A stretch of 52,392 nucleotides of DNA, filler included, from Jimgerdemannia flammicorona (Eukaryota), in assembly GCA_003990765.1 (NCBI GenBank). It is 2 parts of 2 records of this genome, joined end to end, with 100 filler letters (N's around TTAATTAATTAA, not from the genome) between each part and the next. Parts side by side here need not be neighbours in the genome. Positions count along the whole stretch, not along the records: positions 1 to 26,150 come from RBNJ01000756.1; 1 more part is not named here. The stretch is one strand, 5' to 3'. Positions 1-10,371 of the stretch are shown piece by piece. Position numbers and translations under genes: made by a program. How positions within the stretch are numbered: the stretch's first letter is position 1; the number at the start of each line of letters is the position of its first letter. Under the pieces are notes generated by a model that saw nothing but the letters and a program-made list of their open reading frames with translations, searched no databases and was not told where the DNA came from.

Positions 1-11
1 AAAAAAAAAAA

Positions 12-223
12 AGAGATAGGTGGGGCAGTGATGAGTATAATATCCCTAGAAGAGGTATTAGGGGTACTGAGGAAAGTGTAGGCAGGTTTGTCACCTGGGG
101 AGGATGGGCTGCCTTGGGAATTCTGGAAGGAGTTCCAGATTGAGTTTGGTAACTAGTTAGTAGAAATAGTGAATTTTGTATTGAAGAAAGATAGTTAGAT
201 TGGTAATAGTTTCTTAGGATTGA
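12..223 (+). mobile_element. Decayed L1/Tx1-like LINE fragment (start of RT domain)
   Basis: Manual translation gives ISLEEVLGVLRKV*AGLSPGEDGLPWEFWKEF...FVLKKDS*IGNSFLGL, matching the SPGxDGxxxEF RT domain-0 motif of L1-clade LINEs. It is cut at 224 by an LTR. Confidence 0.8.
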
Positions 224-999
224 TGTAATAACTCTTATTTCTGTCTCTCTTTTGGATACTTAGAGAAATAAGATATTACTTAGAGACTTGGTATACAATA
301 TATACTAAGAAGTCTTTAGTTTGAGGAAGTACTTACTTGAAAGTAGTTGTAGTAACAGTGCTCTTCTTATCAATCTTGGTTGTAAGAAACTTGTTCTTTA
401 TTATACACAAACTGAATTTGTCTTGGAATTCAGGTTCAATGGATTTACTTAAGTCTTTGTGATTTATATACTGGTCTCAGTTCTGGTAGAAGTTAGCTAG
501 GCTTCTGGAGTTTAGTCAGAAATACTAGAGTCACTTAGATGTCATTATTAAGACTCAGGAGAATGTGTGTATAGAGGGGGGACTTGATTCTTATATCAAA
601 GATCAAACTAAAACTGCTTTATTTTGGATAGAAACTGGAGAGTATTTATACAAGTTGGTCTGTAATTTCTGACTAAATATAAGTGACTAATTTGGTAACT
701 ATAGTGAAGTTTGTAATCATAACATTTATCAGATAATTTGTGGCAAAAAATACTTTATAATCAGGACCTCAATTACTAGACAATGATCAGTATTGCTATG
801 GTACTGATTGCTACAGTACTGATTACTAGATATTTTTATTTGTATCATTCATATCATTTATTATATTTATTATTCATATATCATATGTCATACTTGATTA
901 TAACATCATCATTGGGTCATGTGATCTCTTGTCATCACATGCCATATCTCATCTATTTGCTCATTTATATGTCATATCTTACCTATTTGCTCTATTATA
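224..999 (-). repeat. 3' LTR of Ty3/Gypsy element A
   Basis: Reverse complement of the LTRs at 13377-14135 and 21697-22426. It ends TTATTACA at 224 and begins TATAATAGA (TG mutated to TA) at 999, directly after the polypurine tract AAGAGAAGAAGGA (1000-1012, minus strand). Confidence 0.9.
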
Positions 1000-3639
1000 T
1001 CCTTCTTCTCTTAAAAATCAATATTCTCATTAATTTGCAAATTGAGAACCAGGGAAGAGAAAGGTGAAAAATCTTTCTTAGTGTGGTTGTCTTCTCCTCT
1101 AGCAGCTGAAGAGGTGGTTGCTAATAGTTTGATATCTAGGATGAAGAAGTCAATGAGGTCTGTAAATGGTTCTTGAACTGGTATAGACATTGGAATAGGA
1201 GTTCTCCATCTAATGTTATTGAGACCATCCAAGTAGAATTCTTGGTCCTTATATCTAGAGATATCCATTCAGATAGGTAGTTCTTCAAAGAGGTCAGAGA
1301 GACCTTAGAGCCATTGGTCTGGATTGTCATTCAGGAGGAGGCTCTAGTAGGATTCAATGTCAGTGGACTTGAGGGTAATTCAGAAGTTGACTTCTTAGAC
1401 TACCTTGATCTCTAGCTTATCAATTTTGAGGAAGAAGAGGTTCTGGAAGTTCTTCAGTTATATGTAGTTAAGGTTGGAGATTGCAAAAGATATATGATAT
1501 ATAATTTAGTAGACCTTCCTGACTAGTCTTTACTTGTACCTGTCTAGGTTGGTCTAGCCTAAGACCTGGTTAGTGGGTAGGCCATTTGTATATTAAAGAA
1601 GTTGATGACCAATTTCATATTTATACCAGATTTCTAAATAGCTGGTAGTAAGGTAGACCCTTTGATGAGTTTATAGCAATCAAGGACATACTGTCCTAGG
1701 TCCTGGCTGGAGAGGTTAAGGGCCTCAGAGCAGTGGTTTCTTCCTTAGATAGTAACCTGAATATGTCCAAAAAGGTAGTCAACCTAGCTTGAGAGAAGCT
1801 GGCTATGGCAAATAGTTTGGTAGTAAGTAGTAGATATTCTTGTCTTATCTTTTCTTTTAGAGAGAGGAGGGAGATGAGAGTTGTAATATATTCTTACTCT
1901 GGGTATTTATACTATTCATTTGTCTGGTATGACTTCAATTCAATCATGTTTTCTAGCAGAATATATAACCTATTGCTATAAGTAGAGCATGTGCTGATCA
2001 TATGAGGAAAATCCTAATTTCAAGCTATCACTACTTATGGTTGTAGTTATACAGAGTTTACAGATCTTAGTTTTTTTTTTTGTCTGGTTGGTATATTTGC
2101 AAGGACTGGCCATTCTTGTCTAGGATGAGGTCTCTCATTATTGTAGCTAGGGGTTTGAATTTCTTGGAAATAGTATTTCTTATATTCTGAGACAATTTAT
2201 AGTAAAAATATCTATCATATAGATGAACTTAGATTGGTTTCAATATTGTTAGCTTTCCTAAGTTCCATATGAAGTATCTGTCATCATCTAGTAGAGATGA
2301 CACAGATGGCATGAAATGGAATTGTTCAAATATATTTTGCTACACCTTGCTGGATTGTTCTTTGCCAGAGTATCTTCTTGTTGATTAATATAGTATTTCT
2401 ATTTCTATAATATTCAGTATTGCATATTCCAGATAAATTTATAGTATCTTCTTTCTTTGCTATGTGCTCTTGGTTTTAGAGCTGCAGTTTCTTCCTCTGC
2501 TAGAGAGTGAGTATTTCCATGTAGTTCTGGAGAGTATCATATGCATTCTCTAGAGCTTCTTCTTTTTTCCAGGTAGCATCATGGGTGGGGTAACTCTTCC
2601 ACTTGATGAGGAAAAACTGCTTGACTATTTTGATATATTTGTAGATCTTGTGGTTAAGTATTTCCTTAATTTCAAATTCCTTATGATTATTAATCCTAAT
2701 TGGAGATGGTGGTGGAATTATACACTCAGGAAATGGATTCTCATGGTAGTCCACCAGTTGGCTGATATGGAATACCAGGTGTACTTGAATATTGTAAGGA
2801 AGTTGTAACTTGTAGTTAACTTCACTGACTTTTTCCTTAATCTTGTATGGTCTAATTCTTCTAGTATAGAGTTTCTTGGCTGGTTGTTATGCTAGAGTGT
2901 CTGGATGGAGATAGTCTGTTCTAAACATGACTATGTTACTGATATTATAGGAGATCTCTCTTTGTTTCAAGTTCACATACTTGGTCTAGTAGTTCTGTGC
3001 TTTTATGAGAATATCTCTTATCATTTGTATAAGGTCAGAAATGGTCTCAGCCAGATCTTAGGCTGCTGGGACAGCTGATTTTGCAGTAGTACTCAGGGTC
3101 CTTGGGTGTTGGCCATAGTTTAGAAAGAATGGAGTCTTCTTCATAGAGGTTTACTGGCTATTATTGTAGAAAAACTCAGCATGGGTTAGGTACTTGTCCC
3201 AATTATTCTGCTTATAACAGCAGAAGATGCCATTGAGGGTCCTATTAGTTCACTCAGTCTGTCCATCAGTCTGAAGGTGATAGATAGTAGAGAACTTCAG
3301 CTTAGTTCTATAGAGAGAGAAGAATGCCTTCCAGAAGTTACTTATAAACTTTATATCTCAGTCAGATACAATAGTGCTAGATATGCTATATAGTTTGAAT
3401 ACTTAGTTGAGGAAGATCTCAGCAATCTCTGGTACTATGGCAGTGGTCTTGGTGGGTGCAAAATGAGCTTGTTTGCCTAGGTGGTCTACAAATACTATAA
3501 TGGCATCCCATTCTGCCTTGGTCTTGAAGAGCTAGACAATGAAGTCTATTGCAATCTGATCCTAGTTGTGACTTAGAATAGGTAGGGGTTGTAGAAGTCC
3601 TGTAGGTAGCTTGTTACCACTTTTAAACCTTTGGCATAT
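1000..3639 (-). mobile_element. Gypsy chromovirus A, 3' internal part (integrase core/C-terminus, GPY motif, chromodomain, extra ORF3), pseudogenised
   Basis: ORF 2500-2754 (EFEIKEILNHK...FLIKWKSYPTHDATW) is a chromodomain. The region is colinear with the reverse complement of 19040-21696. ORF 1011-1268 matches the ORF3 C-terminus of element B. Confidence 0.9.
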
Positions 3640-4084
3640 TGTAATAGAACGAGGCATGACAAGCGATCATGTGACCCAGCAGTGATGATGTCATCATACG
3701 ATTGAGCACAACATATGAATAACGAATGATGAATGAACAAACAATGTGGAAAATGATGCAAAAAACGATATTTAGCTTATCTCTGATAATCAGTACCACA
3801 GCAATAGTTGCCATAGCAGCTGATCATTGCCTAGTAATTGAGGTCCTGATTACAAAGTTGTTTTTGCCAAAAACCACCTAATAAAGGTCACAGTCACAAA
3901 CCTCACTATAGTTACCAAATTAGTCATTTATATTTAGTCAGAAATTGCAGACCAACTTGTATAAATACCCCCCAGTTTCCATCTGAAATAAAGCAGTTTT
4001 AGTTCAGTCCTTGATACAAGAAATCAAGTCCCCCCCACACACATACATTCCCCTGAGTCTTAGTAATGACACCTAAGTGACTCT
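3366..4084 (+). repeat. Left copy of a ~720-bp direct duplication (element A integrase piece + first 445 bp of element B 5' LTR)
   Basis: Matches 13103-13806 (offset 9737 up to the LTR start 3640/13377, then a ~15-bp indel). It ends ACCTAAGTGACTCT immediately before the poly-T. Confidence 0.92.
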
Positions 4085-4829
4085 TTTTTTTTTTTTTTTT
4101 ATAAAACGAGTAGAAAATAGAGAAATAGTTTAGAGCAAGATGAGATGCTGTTACAGTGGATATGAAGATCAGTGGTAAAAGGTCAAGCAGTAGGAAACGA
4201 TAAGCTTTTGTAAATTTTCACAACAGAACAAAGAAGTGGAATAAAGTGTTTTCTGAAGCAAGGTGCAATAGATCTGCAATCCGCTCATAGCACCACAGTT
4301 TGCAATGGTCTTTATTCAAAATTGAGAACAAAGTTCAGGTAAACAAAGACATGGATCTAACCCCAGAATTCCAGAATTGGACAAGTGCATAAGTACCCAG
4401 ACCTTGCCCCGATCCAAACAAAGGTCTGAATTGGGCTTCATCGATCTACATACATGACAGGCCATTAAAAACCCAATATAGAAACAATCAGGAAAAGGTA
4501 CCAGTCATGTGATCTAATGTTACACAAACAATAAACAATGCTAAAAATGGAACTAGACCAATGACATATCACGTTTGGTCATGTGATTATTACTTATAGG
4601 TTTAAAACTCTAAAAATTGTTGGCACCCGAAGGTGCAGGCATCAGGCCTAGAGCCTCGTGACCGGAGCAGAGTAGAGCCATGGTACTGGAGCAAGCGAAG
4701 CGAGCAGAGGTAGACAGGTGTCACAGAGTGTAAGTATGCAGGCATCAGGCCTAGAGCCTCATGCTGGAGGTTGTCCAGCAATTTTTCACATTTTTAAACA
4801 TCGCACGGCACATATGAGCAGTGCAGCCT

Positions 4830-6836
4830 TCAAGGAGGACTTACAGTGAAGCTGGTGTTTGAGACGGCGTTAAGAATGCTAAAACCATTCTTCTGGGTGA
4901 TGATTGGTCATCGGGCAGTCACAGGGAAACCAAAATGAAGCAAAGTGGTATGTAGGGTCTTATTGGGCTGTTGATGTAGCCATCGGGCCATGTCGTATTG
5001 GATGACAAGTAATGGGGGAGGAAAAGCGGAGTGGGGGATGGGGGGGTGGGAAATAAGGAGAGGGGTGAGAAGTGAAGTTCAGACCTCAAGCCAATCAATC
5101 AAACTCAATTGAGTGGTTACAACATCAACAGGGTATCCTTTCCTGTAAACCAGGAACTCAGCCAATAACTGACAGTCATTAAGCCAATCACAGCGAGATG
5201 AGCAGAGTAGTGAAAGGTGGCAGGCCTCATTCACAATGCATAGATGAAGTGTCTTCCTAGGATGATTGTCCAACCAGTTGACAAACTGAGTACTACATGG
5301 GAATTTAGCGAAGCGGCCTATGCAGAATGGTGTGACTTGGATTTCCAGGTCTAAGTAATAGCACGGTCTGGCGGACAAGACTTCCCATTCAATACGATGA
5401 TGCGGAGGGTACACAGCAGCAAAGATCAAGGCCAAGTCCATAATCGCGGGTATAAAGACAATAAGATCATCAATATACTGGCAGAACTTTAGCCCAGCAG
5501 CGATGGCTCAGCTGAGCAGATGATTGGGTGCTTGCAAGGTATGTAATTCATGAGCAAAACCAATAAGATTGACAAGATCCGGAGCACAATTGGTGCCCAT
5601 AGCAATACCAGTCACTGAGCAGAAGGAACTGATGGTAGATGTAAATGTTATATGAGTTATGACTATGCAGACAAGACCGAGAATGGCTTCAAGTGGCAAA
5701 GAGCCAAGGGGGAAGGCCACTATCGATAAAAAGGTAAGGCAGTCAATGCACTCATCTAGTATGATCCTGGTGTAGAAGGTGGTGAAATCTCCAGTAGCAA
5801 TGTAGTTGCAATCTGACACATCTAGGTAATCCAATCGAACCAGCTGTAGTAGTTCTAACATATCACGTAGAGATGAATAACATGAGTAACCCACATTATG
5901 GCACAAATGGGCCGACCACAGATGGAGAAAGCGAGATAGGAAATGTGAAATCTCAGTTGTGTGAGAGTTAAAAGCACCAACGATAGGGTGCCATGCCACA
6001 TGTGCCCCTTTGTGTACCTTGGACAAAGTGTGAAACATGGGTAACTTGCAATCGTTGGGTTCCATGAGGTGTTCCCAAATCAGCATACAACTCTTGTCAC
6101 TGATGCAGAACTCAAGTAGACCAAGAAGGTCTAACCTCACTGATTCCTTAACATTATCAATTGTAGAGGGATCATTCATGTATGTAGGATCATAAAGGAG
6201 AGACCGAAGACCATCGAGATACAAGGCACGTGGAATTACAGCGAACTCCAGATTTTTGTTGGTAAGATAGACAGTAAAGTCATCATGAGTATGGACCCCT
6301 TTAAGAAGGCATTGGAACTTCTTCAGTACAAGTGCACTGGACATATTCGTCATGGGTCAGACAGCTTGATTCAAAGCAGCACTCATATGAAGCATAATTT
6401 GCATATTTTCCATACAGTGCGGCAGTTGCCATTTAGATGGCACCCAGGCAGAGATCTCCAGGATGTTGTCAGGATTACCCATAGAGGTCCAGAAGGTGGC
6501 AAGGTCAAGATGCCATTAGAATGATGACAATGAAATCGGGTCAATGGTACTATTCATTGATGCTGACCCAGAGAGAACAAACTTAGGGCCAAAGTTCAGT
6601 ATATATGTGAGCTCAGGGGTAAGCCAAGACAGAGGTATATCAGTAACAAAGCCCTCCTCGGTAAACATCCGAAACTGAGGGACGAAAAACTGACTCAAGC
6701 GAGAACCAGGAAGAGAAGACACAAAGGCAAAATCCTCAATTAGTGTTGAGGCCGCTACCCCACATAGAATGGGGACATCGGGGCCAAACCATGCTGCTGG
6801 GAAGTTGTATAAGACTTCCGGGCTGGGGACCTCTAG
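4830..6836 (-). pseudogene. PLE reverse transcriptase ORF2, copy 1 (in-frame stops, no GIY-YIG domain)
   Basis: Motifs LNFGPKF, T(D/N)KNL, PMFHTLSKVHK, HPIV, GDFTTFYTRI, GIAMGTNCAPDLVNL, QYIDDL, YLDL, and thumb NHP...LCSS...KGYP. The reading continues past the TGA at 5079 for about 80 aa (LLVIQY...PIITQKNGFSILN) and then meets the H module. Confidence 0.9.
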
Positions 6837-7993
6837 TTTTTTGATGCTAGAGGACAGACATCACCAGCATTATACCAAACAACATGATGCTTGGCAGCAG
6901 TACACTTGTTGCACTGTGGCACAAATACCCTGGCAGCACTCTTAGATGAGCAGCTTGAAGTTGACGAGTGGCTGGTCACAGTAGAAGCAGAAGAAATGGA
7001 TGGGGAAGGCAAGACCTTATGCGCTCGCTTGACCCCTTTTACAGAACCCTCTGTCAAGGCAGGGGCTAGGGGGCAAGGACCCCAGTGCACCTTTGTAGGC
7101 ACACCGAGGCATCCAGAACAGCTGCAGCAGTTTAGCATGGCAGAGGCTGAAGTCACACTCACCACCTTGGCCTTTCCTACAGCCCCCACAGGCATAGCAG
7201 TAGAGGGTGGGGGGGTGGGGACACTCTTTTTCAGTCAGGTGGAACTGGTGGCAGTAGAAGCAAATATGCATTTTGTACCTGGAGTAATGATCTCGGGGTA
7301 CTTCTCAAGCTCCTCAACCATGGCTTTGTAGGTGGTGGCAGAAATCCCATCTTGTAGAGAGGAGGACGCAGGAACTGTTGGGTGGATGGTGGCAGCAGTG
7401 GCTTTAGCAGCGGTGGTGACGGCAAGATGGCGAGATTGACACATGATAACATCAAAACCACAGAGCAGAAACAAGTTTGTCTTGACTTGGTCAGTGGCAG
7501 CAAGGGTAGCAATATTCTTGCTAACCCCTTGAGTGATATCAATGGATAACTCAAAGAAATTGTGGGCATCGGAAGACCCACTCATGGCTTTGTCGATTTT
7601 AGCATACTGGTCCTTAGTATGCTGGGCGGTGGCATCTTGATCAGAGATGGCAGCCTCGATCATGGCAGTGGCACAGCACTTAGCTTCTGCCGAAGTAGTA
7701 GTAAGGGTGGTGGCATACTGTTCCTCTGGGAGGAGGGCAATCGCAGCAGAGACCTTCTTGGAAGGAGTAAACTTCCAATCAGCAACTTGGGCTCTCAAAA
7801 AGTCAGCACAGCGCTCATGTGCAGTGGTAACCTCGAGAGTACGGAGCACTCTAGTATAAGCAGCATGGAAGGCAGCAGGGACCTCGACAAGCGAAGCAGT
7901 CAAGAAGATGGCCAGATCGTCGAAGTTTGCCAAATCAGTGAAGGAAGCTTTGGGGATAGCAGCATCGCCATCTACATTCATATTGTCTGTCAT
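6833..7993 (-). pseudogene. PLE ORF1, copy 1 (~386 aa; Ala-rich, probably helical N-terminus, basic Ser/Pro-rich C-terminus)
   Basis: ORFs 7235-7993 and 6833-7195 share one frame separated by a TGA that is CGA in copy 2. Homologous to 9211-10371. Confidence 0.85.
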
Positions 7994-8502
7994 GTTGTGT
8001 ATTATAAAATGAGTAGAAAATAGAGGAATAGTTTAGAGTGAGATGAGATGCTGTTATGGTGGATATGAAGATTGGCAGTAAAAGGTCAAGCAGTAGGAAA
8101 TGATAAGCTTTTGTGAATTTTCATGATGGAACAAAGAAGCAGAATAAAGTGTTTTCCAAAGCAAGGTGCAATAGATCTGCAACCTGCTCATAGCACTGCA
8201 GTTTGTGATGGTCTTTATTCAAAATTGAGAACAAAGTTTGGGTAAACAAAGACACAGATCTAACCCTGGAATTCCAGAATCGGACAGGTGCATAAGTACT
8301 CAGACCTTGCCCCAATCCAAACAAAGGTCTGAATCGGGCTTTGTCGATCTATACATGTGACAGGCCATTAAAAACCTGATATAGAAACAATTGGGAAAAG
8401 GTACCGGTCACATGATCTAATGTTATACAAACAATAAACAATGCTAAAAATGGAACTAGATCAATGACATATCACATGTGGTCACATGATTGTCACTTAT
8501 AG

Positions 8503-8702
8503 GTTTAAAAACCTAAAAATTATTGGTACCCGAAGGCGCAGGCATCAGGCCTAGAGCCTCGTGACCAGAGCGGAGTAGAGCCTCGGCACCAGAGTAAGCA
8601 AAGCAAGCAGAGGTAGACAGGTGTCACAGAGCATAGGTATGCAGGCATCAGGCCTAGAGCCTCATGCTGGAGGTTGTCTGGTGATTTTTCATGTTTTTAA
8701 AC
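8503..8702. repeat. H module: loop of the giant palindrome, bounded by inverted repeats GTTTAAAAAC (8503-8512) and GTTTTTAAAC (8693-8702)
   Basis: Also present at 4600-4799 and, inverted, at 12403-12602. It contains the direct repeat GCAGGCATCAGGCCTAGAGCCTC twice and mini-hairpin motifs CCCGAAGG and GCGAAGC. Confidence 0.9.
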
Positions 8703-9210
8703 CTATAAGTGACAATCACGTGACCACACATGATATGTCATTGGTCTAGTTCCGTTTTTAGCATTGTTTATTGTTTGTGTAACATTAGATCACATGACTG
8801 GTACCTTTTCCCAATTGTTTCTATATTGGGTTTTTAATGGCCCATCACATGTATAGATCAACAGAGCCTGATTCAGACCTTTGTTTAGATTGGGGCAAGG
8901 TCCGGGTACTTATGCACCTGTCCGATTCTGGAATTCCGGAGTTAGATCTGTGTCTTTGTTTACCCAAAATTTGTTCTCAATTTTGAATAAAGACCATTAC
9001 AAACTGCAGTGCCATGAGCAGGTTGCAGATCTATTGCACCTTGCTTCAGAAAACACTTTATTCCGCTTCTTGTTCCATCGTGAAAATTCATAAAAGCTTA
9101 TCATTTCCTACTGCTTGACCTTTTACCGCTGATCTTCATATCCACCGTAACAGTATCTTATCTCACTCTAAACTATTCCTCTATTTTCTACTCATTTTAT
9201 AATACACAAT

Positions 9211-10371
9211 ATGACAGACAATATGAATATAGATGGCAATGCTGCTGTCCCCAAAGCTTCCTTCACTGATTTGGCGAACTTCGATGACCTGGCCATCTTC
9301 TTGACCACTTCACTTGTCGAGGTCCCTGCTGCCTTCTATGCTGCTTGCACCGGGGTGCTCCATACTCTCAAGGTTGCCGCTGTGCATGAGTGCCGTGCTG
9401 ACTTTTTGAGAGCCCAAGTTGCTGATTGGAAGTTTACTCCTTCCAAGAAGGTCTCTGCTGTGATCGCCCTCCTCTCAGAGGAACAGCGTGCTGCCACCCT
9501 TACTACTGCTTCTGCAGAAGCTAAGTACCGTACCACTGCCACAATTGAGGCTGCTGTCTCCGATCAAGATGCTGCCACCTAACATGCTAAGGACCAGCAT
9601 GCTAAAATTGATAAAGCCATGGGTGGGTCTTCTGATGTCTACAATTTCTTTGGGTTATCCATTGATATCACTCAAGGGGTTAGCAAGAATATTGCTACCC
9701 TCACTGCCACTGACCGAGCCAAGACAAACTTATTTCTGCTCTGTGGTTTTGACATTGTCGTACATCAATCTTGCTATCTTGCCACTGCCACTGCTGCTAA
9801 AGCCGCTGCCACCACTGTCCACCCGACAGTCCCTGCATCCTCCTCCTTGCAAGATGGGATTTCCGCCGCCACCCACAAAGCCATGGTTGAGGAGCTTAAG
9901 AAGCACCCCAAGATTGTTACTCTGGATGCAAAATGCATGTTTGCTTCTGCTGCCGCCAGTTCTGCCCGACCAAAAAAGAGTGTCTCCACCCCCCCACCCT
10001 CTACCACCGTGCTTGTGGGGGCTGCGGGAAAGGCCAAGGTGGTGAGTGTGACTTTGGCCTCTGCTGCACCAAACTGCTACAGCTGTTCTGAACATCTCGG
10101 TGTGCCTATGAAGGCACACCAGGGTCCTTGTCCCCTAGCCCCTGCCTCAACAGAGGGTTCTGTAAAAGGGGTCAAGTGAGTGCATAAGGCCTCACCTTCC
10201 CCATCCATTTCTTCCACTTCTATCATGACCAGCTGCTTGTCGACTTCCAGCTGCTCATCTAAGAGCGCTGCCAGGGCATTTGTGCTGCAGTGCAACAAGT
10301 GTACTGCCACCAAGCATCATGTTGTTTGGCATAATGCTGGTGATGTCTGTTCTCTAGCATCAAAAAACTAG
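9211..10371 (+). pseudogene. PLE ORF1, copy 2
   Basis: ORFs 9211-9582, 9619-10179 and 10180-10371 lie in one frame, split by TAA/TGA codons explicable as C-to-T changes. It begins MTDNMNIDGNAAVPKASFTDL and ends ASKN*. Confidence 0.85.

Larger units (their letters stand above)
4085..8702 (-). mobile_element. Penelope-like retroelement, endonuclease-deficient, copy 1 (H+R pseudo-LTR, ORF1, RT, H+R pseudo-LTR, poly(A))
   Basis: Direct terminal repeats at about 8004-8702 and 4101-4799. The T run at 4085-4100 is a poly(A) tail on the minus strand. RT motifs are of PLE type (see ORF2). Confidence 0.9.

Noticed and set aside
3640..4084. Independent solo or truncated LTR insertion
   Set aside because: It shares the same upstream flank and junction as 13377, so it is part of the 720-bp duplication.
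8881..9093. Small ORF MF(G/R)xGQG... repeated in R (also 8121-8324 and 12781-12984)
   Set aside because: It has a TTG start, its recurrence is explained by the DNA repeat itself, and there is no protein-level evidence.
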